Positions 58,683 through 64,000 of a stretch of DNA of 64,000 nt are shown here, piece by piece. The DNA is taken from NCBI GenBank assembly GCA_021806135.1, contig JAJZYB010000004.1, positions 7,686-71,685 on the forward strand, written 5' to 3'. The stretch comes from Thermoplasmata archaeon. Its GTDB lineage: Archaea > Thermoplasmatota > Thermoplasmata > Lutacidiplasmatales > UBA184. Each line of letters starts with the position of its first letter. Within the stretch, counting starts at the first letter, position 1. The notes under the pieces were generated by a model. That model did no database searches. It was not told the origin of the DNA and saw nothing but the letters and a program-made list of their open reading frames with translations. The translations under genes and the position numbers were made by a program.

Positions 58683-59468
58683 CTACCGGGCCCGGACCTT
58701 AACGGTTCTCGGAGCCTTCGCCTCCTTGTTCCCAAGGAAGGCCTCCCCGGTCTCGCAGAGGTCCACCAGCGGGCAGCGCTCGCAGCGGGGCCCGCGGGGG
58801 AGGCAGACGTTCTGCCCGTGCTGGACCAGAAGCGGGTTCAGCGGGACCCAGAGCTCCTGGGGCACCCTCCTTCGGAGCGCCTCTTCGGTCTCCTCCGGCG
58901 TCCGGGTGCGCACGGCCCCCAGCCGGTTCGCCAGCCGGTGGACGTGCGTGTCCACGGGGATCGCCGGGATGCCGAAGCCGAAGACCAGCGTGCAGTTCGC
59001 GGTCTTGCGCCCCACCATGGGCAGTGCCAGCAGGGCCTCCAACTCCCGGGGGACGGCTCCCCCGTGGCGGCTCAGCAACAGCTGGGAGAGCGCCCGGATG
59101 CCCCGGGCCTTGGTGGCGTAGAACCCCACGGGGCGGAGGATACGGCGGAGCCGGGCGGGGGGAGCCCGAGCGAGGGCCTCCGGAGTGGGGTACGCCTCGA
59201 AGAGCTCGGCGGCGACCCGGTCCGTGGTCTCGTCCCGGGTCCGTTGGGAGAGCACCGTGGCGACGAGCACCTGGAAGGGGTCCTCGGCGTGTGCCTTGAG
59301 GTACGGGACGCGCCAGAGCCCCACCTGGTAGTAGGTGGTGAGACGGGCAAGGACCTCGGGCCACGGGAGTTCCCGGGGGGGCAGGCTCCGGGCGCCTCGT
59401 CTCCCTCCGGGGGGGCGGGTCAACGGCCTCCCCTCCGCCGGCCCGGCGGCGCGGCTGGATGGACCCAT
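58683..59468 (-). CDS. nth: endonuclease III (Nth, HhH-GPD DNA glycosylase with an FeS cluster)
   Basis: The HhH motif is LPMVGRKTANCTLVFGF, the catalytic region is VDTHVHRLANRLG, and the 4Cys cluster is CLPRGPRCERCPLVDLCE. Confidence 0.85.
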   Translation of the reverse strand: MGPSSRAAGPAEGRPLTRPPGGRRGARSLPPRELPWPEVLARLTTYYQVGLWRVPYLKAHAEDPFQVLVATVLSQRTRDETTDRVAAELFEAYPTPEALARAPPARLRRILRPVGFYATKARGIRALSQLLLSRHGGAVPRELEALLALPMVGRKTANCTLVFGFGIPAIPVDTHVHRLANRLGAVRTRTPEETEEALRRRVPQELWVPLNPLLVQHGQNVCLPRGPRCERCPLVDLCETGEAFLGNKEAKAPRTVKVRAR

Positions 59469-60844
59469 CGGGCCGGGTCCGCGAGGTCGGGCCCCTCGTG
59501 CGGGCTCGATTCCACCTCCTCCAGGACCGCTCCGGCGAGGTAGACCCCCCCAGCAGCGAGGAGAAGTCCCCCCTTTCCCACCAGACGGTGACCCCAGCGG
59601 AGCGCCTCCGAGACCGAGGGGAGGGCCATCACCCGGGGGAAGCACCGGGTGGCTTCCTTGCGGAGCACCTCTAACGGGGCGGCGCGATCGGAGGTGAGGG
59701 GGAAGACCAGCGCGGTCTCCGCCAGGGGACGCAGCGCCTGCAGGGTCTCCCCGGCGCGCTTGTCCCCCAGGCAGGAGAAGACCACCACCGAGGCGGCCGG
59801 GTCGGAGTCCGGGTGGAGCTCTTCCAGGGAGAGGGTGACCTCCTGGGCGCTCTCGGGGGTATGCGTGGCGTCGAGGTAGAAGGGGGGATCCTTCTCCAGC
59901 CGCTGGAGCCGCCCGGGCCAGCGGACGGCGGCGAGGCCGCTGCGATAGGCGGCCTCCGGGACGGCGACCTTCCCGGCCCGGCGGAAGAGGTCGAGGGTGG
60001 CCACCGCGAGGGCCGCATTCCGGGCCTGGAAGGTGCCCAAGAGGGGCAAAGCGAGGTCCGGGTGGTCCCCTTCCGGGGTGCGCACGTCCACGGTCTGCTG
60101 CTCCGGCCCCACCCGGCGCCGATCGACACGGATCTCCCGGCCGAGGACCCAGAGGGGCACCCCCAGTTTGAGCGCCTGCCGACGCAGTTCCTCGAACCCT
60201 TCCCCCTCGGAGACCCCGGTCACGGCCCAGGCCTCCCGGTGAAGGATCCCGGCCTTCTCCCGGGCGATGTCCGTGAGGGTCGGGCCCAGGATCTCGGTGT
60301 GCTCGAGCTCCAGGCTCGTGATCACGTTCACCGGCGCCCGCAGGACGTTGGTGGAGTCGAGCCGACCCCCTAGCCCGACCTCCACCACCGCCACGTCGAC
60401 CCCCCGCCGGGCGAAGAGGTCGAAAGCCCAGGCCGTGGTCACCTCAAAGAAGGTCGCCTCCCGGGGGAGACGGCCGGACCGGTCGAGCCTCTCCAGGGCA
60501 GCACGGACCCGGGTCAGACCCTCGACCACCTCCGCCGGTGTGGCCAGGGCCCCGTCCACCTGCGCGCGTTCCCGGTAGGTGAGCAGATGGGGGGAGGTGT
60601 AAAGCCCGGTGCGGTAGCCCGCCGCGCTCAGGACGGAGGCGACCATGGCGGAGACCGAGCCCTTTCCCTTGCTCCCGGTCACGTGGATGGCCTTGAACTT
60701 CCGATGCGGGTCCCCCAGGGCCTTAAGGACCTGCTCGGTGAGCTCCGGACCGGGACGGGCCCCCAGGCGCTTCAGGCCCCAGAGGTAATGGAGGGCCTCG
60801 TCGTAGCCGGGGGAGCTCACCGGACCGGTGGGGGACCCTGTCAC
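59420..60844 (-). CDS. folC: folylpolyglutamate synthase / dihydrofolate synthase (Mur ligase family)
   Basis: The P-loop is HVTGSKGKGSVSAM. Mur-ligase middle and C-terminal domains follow. Confidence 0.85.
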   Translation of the reverse strand: MTGSPTGPVSSPGYDEALHYLWGLKRLGARPGPELTEQVLKALGDPHRKFKAIHVTGSKGKGSVSAMVASVLSAAGYRTGLYTSPHLLTYRERAQVDGALATPAEVVEGLTRVRAALERLDRSGRLPREATFFEVTTAWAFDLFARRGVDVAVVEVGLGGRLDSTNVLRAPVNVITSLELEHTEILGPTLTDIAREKAGILHREAWAVTGVSEGEGFEELRRQALKLGVPLWVLGREIRVDRRRVGPEQQTVDVRTPEGDHPDLALPLLGTFQARNAALAVATLDLFRRAGKVAVPEAAYRSGLAAVRWPGRLQRLEKDPPFYLDATHTPESAQEVTLSLEELHPDSDPAASVVVFSCLGDKRAGETLQALRPLAETALVFPLTSDRAAPLEVLRKEATRCFPRVMALPSVSEALRWGHRLVGKGGLLLAAGGVYLAGAVLEEVESSPHEGPDLADPARWVHPAAPPGRRRGGR

Positions 60845-60871
60845 GGCTTCCCGACGTCCTCCCCGCCCGGT

Positions 60872-62599
60872 TCAGTAGAGGGAGCGTTCCCGGTAGCGCC
60901 CGTAGACCTCGGTGAGGGCGGAGACGATCTCGCCCAAGGTGGCCTTGGCCTTCACGGCCGCGAGGATGGGGGGCATGGTGTTCTCGGAGGGGGTCTTCGC
61001 CACGCGTTTGAGCTCCTCCAGGCTTCGCGCCCAACGGGCCGTGTTCCGGTCCCTCCTCAGGGCCCGGAGGCGTTTCGATTGCTCGTGTCGGGCCCCTTCC
61101 GAGATCTTCAGGCGGGGGACGTTCACGGGCGTGTCGGTGGTGTACGCGTTCACCCCCACCACCTTGCGTTCTCCGGCGTCCACCTCGCGCTGGAACCGGA
61201 AGGAGGCCTCCTGGATCTCCCGCTGGAAGTACCCCTTCTCGATCCCCGCCACCACGCCCCCCAGGGTGTCGATCCGGTCGAACTGCTTGCGGGCCTCCTC
61301 CGCCATCCTTTCCGTGAGCCACTCCAGATAGTAGGAGCCCCCCAGCGGATCGACCCAGTCCGTCACGCCGCTCTCCTCGGCCAGGATCTGTTGGGTCCTC
61401 AGGGCGATGCGCACCGCGCTCTCCGTGGGGAGCTGGAGGGCCTCGTCGTAGGAGTTCGTGTGGAGCGACTGGGTCCCCCCCAGGACCCCGGCCAGGGCCT
61501 GGACGGTGGTCCGAACGATGTTGAGCTCCGGCTGCTGGGCGGTGCAGGAGCAGCCGGCGGTCTGGGTGTGGAACCGGAGCCACAGGGAGCGCTCCTTCCG
61601 GGCACCGTAGCGCTCCTTCATCCGTTCCGCCCAGAGGCCCCGGGCGGCCCGGAACTTGGCCACCTCCTCGAAGAGGTCGTTGTGGCTGTTGAAGAAGAAG
61701 CTGATCCGGGGGGCGAAGTCGTCCACGGCCAAGCCCCGCTTGAGGCTCTCCTCCACGTAGGTGAACCCGTCCGCGAGGGTGAACGCGAGCTCCTGGACCG
61801 CGGTCGATCCGGCCTCCCGGATGTGGTAGCCGGAGACCGAGATGGGGTTCCAGCGGGGGAGCTGGCGGGCGCCGTACTCCACCGTGTCGATGACCAACCG
61901 TAGCGCCGGCCCCGGGGGGAAGAGGAACTCCTTCTGGGCGATGTACTCCTTCAGGATGTCGTTCTGCGTGGTCCCGCCAAGCACCCGGGGGTCGGTCCGG
62001 TGGGCCTCGGCGGTGGCGATGTACATCGCCCAGAGGATGGAGGCCGGACCGTTGATGGTCATGGACGTGGTGACCCGGTCCAGCGGGATCCCGCGGAGGA
62101 GCCGGCGCATGTCCTCCAGGCTGGAGACGTTCACCCCGCACTTCCCCACCTCTCCCGCGGACTCCCGGTCGTCGGCATCGAGACCATAGAGCGTGGGGTC
62201 GTCGAAGGCGATGGAGAGCCCGGACTCCCCGTGGCGGAGCAGGTAGTGGAAGCGGCGGTTGGTGTCCTCCGGGGTGCCGAAGCCCGAGAACATGCGCATC
62301 GACCAGAGCCGCCCGCGGTACATGCTCGCGTGGATGCCCCGGGTGAACGGATACTCCGCGGGCAGCCCCAACCGCTCGGGGTCCACGGGCGCATTGATCG
62401 GGTGGTAGAGCCGCTCCACCGGGATCCAGCTCAACGTCTCGAACCGTTCCTTCCTTTCCGGGCTCTTCGCCAGGGCGGGGCGGAGCGTCTCCTCCTCCCA
62501 TCGCCGCAGCCCGTCGGAGAGCGCTTCTTGCCCCGGAGGAGGGGGACGGGTGGGTGTCCGGTCCTCTGGCGCAGGGGCGTTAGCCTTGGAGGTGGCCAT
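60872..62599 (-). CDS. methylmalonyl-CoA mutase, catalytic (alpha, N-terminal) subunit
   Basis: FTRGIHASMYRGRLWSMRMFSGFGTPEDTNRRFHYLL is the substrate-binding barrel signature. The ATG at 62599 (MATSKANAP...) was chosen over the track start 63184. Confidence 0.85.
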   Translation of the reverse strand: MATSKANAPAPEDRTPTRPPPPGQEALSDGLRRWEEETLRPALAKSPERKERFETLSWIPVERLYHPINAPVDPERLGLPAEYPFTRGIHASMYRGRLWSMRMFSGFGTPEDTNRRFHYLLRHGESGLSIAFDDPTLYGLDADDRESAGEVGKCGVNVSSLEDMRRLLRGIPLDRVTTSMTINGPASILWAMYIATAEAHRTDPRVLGGTTQNDILKEYIAQKEFLFPPGPALRLVIDTVEYGARQLPRWNPISVSGYHIREAGSTAVQELAFTLADGFTYVEESLKRGLAVDDFAPRISFFFNSHNDLFEEVAKFRAARGLWAERMKERYGARKERSLWLRFHTQTAGCSCTAQQPELNIVRTTVQALAGVLGGTQSLHTNSYDEALQLPTESAVRIALRTQQILAEESGVTDWVDPLGGSYYLEWLTERMAEEARKQFDRIDTLGGVVAGIEKGYFQREIQEASFRFQREVDAGERKVVGVNAYTTDTPVNVPRLKISEGARHEQSKRLRALRRDRNTARWARSLEELKRVAKTPSENTMPPILAAVKAKATLGEIVSALTEVYGRYRERSLY

Positions 62600-62625
62600 C
62601 CCCGGGGGAAGGCGAGCCGGCCTAC

Positions 62626-63330
62626 TTAGCCTCCCCGGCCGGGGGGGAGCGGGGCGAGCCGGGCCCCGGTGACCGTCCAGGACCAGAGCCCCCCCCGTTG
62701 TTCGGTCCGGCTCCCGGAGACCTCCAGCCGGGAGGAGAATCCCGGAGCATACGTCACCAGGGTCTCGTATTCGCCCCCCTCCCCCGCCACATTGAACCGA
62801 GGACCCCGGAGGGAACGGGCCCGGAGCTCCGAGAGCAAAGGCCCATCCAGCACCCGGCCGAGGAGTTCCGGGCCCAATGGCTCGCTCGCCACCTGCACGA
62901 TCCGGATGATCAGGCCGGAGGAGATCTCCTCGTCCACCACCCGGAGCGGGTCCACCCTCCAGAGCGGAGCGAAGACCCGGAGCCCGAGGCCCTCGGCCAC
63001 CTGCTGGATCCGCGACCACTGGAACGAGGAGGCGATGGCCCCCACGCTGATCCCGTCGAAGCCCCGGCCCCGGAGCGGGGCCAGGGCGGCGGTGAGCCCT
63101 TTCACCTCCTCCTCGGTCCCGGAGCCCGGTACGGGATGGGCCCGGTGGGGCTTCCCCCACGCCTCCGCCAGCAGGGAGACCCATCGGAGGTTCGGGGTGT
63201 GGAAGAGCCAGGCATCGGGCTCAGCGGGGACGAGGGTGAGGAGCTCTGCCACCTCCCAGCCGGTGCTTTCGAGGAGCCAGGCGGCGTAGAGGGAGTCCTT
63301 CCCCCCGGAGACGAGGGCGCAGATCTTCAC
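62626..63330 (-). CDS. PP-loop ATPase, diphthine-ammonia ligase (Dph6 / MJ0570-like) family
   Basis: VKICALVSGGKDSLYAAWLLE is the SGGxDS PP-loop. A GTG start is proposed at 63330. Confidence 0.65.
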   Translation of the reverse strand: MKICALVSGGKDSLYAAWLLESTGWEVAELLTLVPAEPDAWLFHTPNLRWVSLLAEAWGKPHRAHPVPGSGTEEEVKGLTAALAPLRGRGFDGISVGAIASSFQWSRIQQVAEGLGLRVFAPLWRVDPLRVVDEEISSGLIIRIVQVASEPLGPELLGRVLDGPLLSELRARSLRGPRFNVAGEGGEYETLVTYAPGFSSRLEVSGSRTEQRGGLWSWTVTGARLAPLPPGRGG

Positions 63331-64000
63331 GTTCCCCGGAACGGGATCGGAGCCGGGTAGAAGCCGGACTGCCAGCGGGGGAACAGGCCCGGGAGGTCGA
63401 GCTCCGCGAAGAGGGAGGGGCCGTGGCGGAATCGCCCGGTCCGACCCCCGACCGTTCCCAGGCGGGCGTAGGAGAGCCCGGAGAGTCCGGATTCCACCCG
63501 CTCCTGGGCATGGGGGGGAACCTCCAGGACCCAGCGGGGACCGCCCTCGGAGAAGAGGGGTACCCAACTCTCGGCCCCGGTGAGGCTGGATAGGTCGACC
63601 TCGAAGCCCAGCCCGCCACCAAAGGCCATCTCGCAGAGGCACTGGGCCAGCCCACCTTCCGAGACGTCGTGGGCAGCGCGAAGGGCGCCGGCGGCATGGA
63701 GGTCCAAGAGCGCCCTTCCCATCCGGGGGAGCCCGGGGCCGGCCGGGGGGGCGAATCCTCCCCCGGGTCCCCCCCGCCGGCGTTGGAAGAGCGAACCGCT
63801 GAGCCCCGGGGGGTTCGGGCCAAGGAGATAGAGCAGGTCGCCTTCCCCTTTGAGGTCAGAGCTCAGCACGCGATCCACGTCGGCCACTCGTCCCACGGCG
63901 AGGACGACCGGTGTGGGGGGGATGGCCGAGCCCAGGCCCCCGTTGTAGAGGCTCACGTTGCCGGAAGGGATGGAGACGTTCAGGAGCTCCGCCGTCTCCG
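63327..64000 (-). CDS. purL: phosphoribosylformylglycinamidine synthase II (PurL) C-terminal part; the 5' end lies outside the window
   Basis: It has a PurM-like C-terminal domain with DVSEGGLAQCLCEMAF and MGRALLDLHAAGALRAAHDVS. Confidence 0.6.
   Translation of the reverse strand, partial: ETAELLNVSIPSGNVSLYNGGLGSAIPPTPVVLAVGRVADVDRVLSSDLKGEGDLLYLLGPNPPGLSGSLFQRRRGGPGGGFAPPAGPGLPRMGRALLDLHAAGALRAAHDVSEGGLAQCLCEMAFGGGLGFEVDLSSLTGAESWVPLFSEGGPRWVLEVPPHAQERVESGLSGLSYARLGTVGGRTGRFRHGPSLFAELDLPGLFPRWQSGFYPAPIPFRGT

Noticed and set aside
1-64000. Halophile origin, CRISPR arrays, transposons or integrases
   Set aside because: Proteins are basic or neutral rather than acidic. No direct-repeat arrays were seen. 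I saw no transposase, integrase or inverted-repeat termini.

Overview
This is a 64 kb, very GC-rich segment of an archaeal chromosome with no mobile elements, CRISPR arrays or rRNA genes. The archaeal assignment rests on the gene content: MCM helicase, TFB, RpoN, aCPSF1/FttA, Cdc48, proteasome beta subunit, eL18/uL13/uS9, archaeal-type AspRS, SepF, NMD3 and COG1340. The proteome is not acidic, so this is not a halophile despite the GC content. Most of the window is housekeeping: a pyrD-pyrK-pyrG-aspS-mcm run, a short ribosomal-protein/rpoN operon, two tRNA genes, bacterial-type mismatch repair (mutS-mutL), succinate dehydrogenase sdhA-sdhB-sdhE, GMP synthase subunit B, alaS, nth, folC and methylmalonyl-CoA mutase. 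The accessory content is mostly cell envelope. It includes a 1112-aa S-layer-like glycoprotein with a PKD domain and dozens of N-glycosylation sequons. It also includes a second secreted protein made of tandem roughly 95-aa repeats that is broken by a frameshift in a C8 homopolymer. A glycosylation cluster (GT4, AlkP-family phosphodiesterase, GtrA remnant, GT2) and an MFS transporter complete the envelope set. The observations I would look at again are: a tRNA with a 32-nt hairpin insertion in the T-loop (probable non-canonical intron); a small PD-(D/E)xK nuclease gene right after mutL; and a HerA-like ATPase / coiled-coil COG1340 / V4R / Roadblock cluster. Several hypothetical genes (9304..9888, 27379..28335, two small zinc-ribbon genes) and an ORF-poor 670-bp gap also lack an explanation. 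Promoters show a recurring archaeal BRE/TATA-like element (RGGCTTTAWA / GGCTTAA) about 25-40 bp upstream of many start codons. Coordinates for starts other than those in the ORF track were derived by hand and may be off by a few bases.
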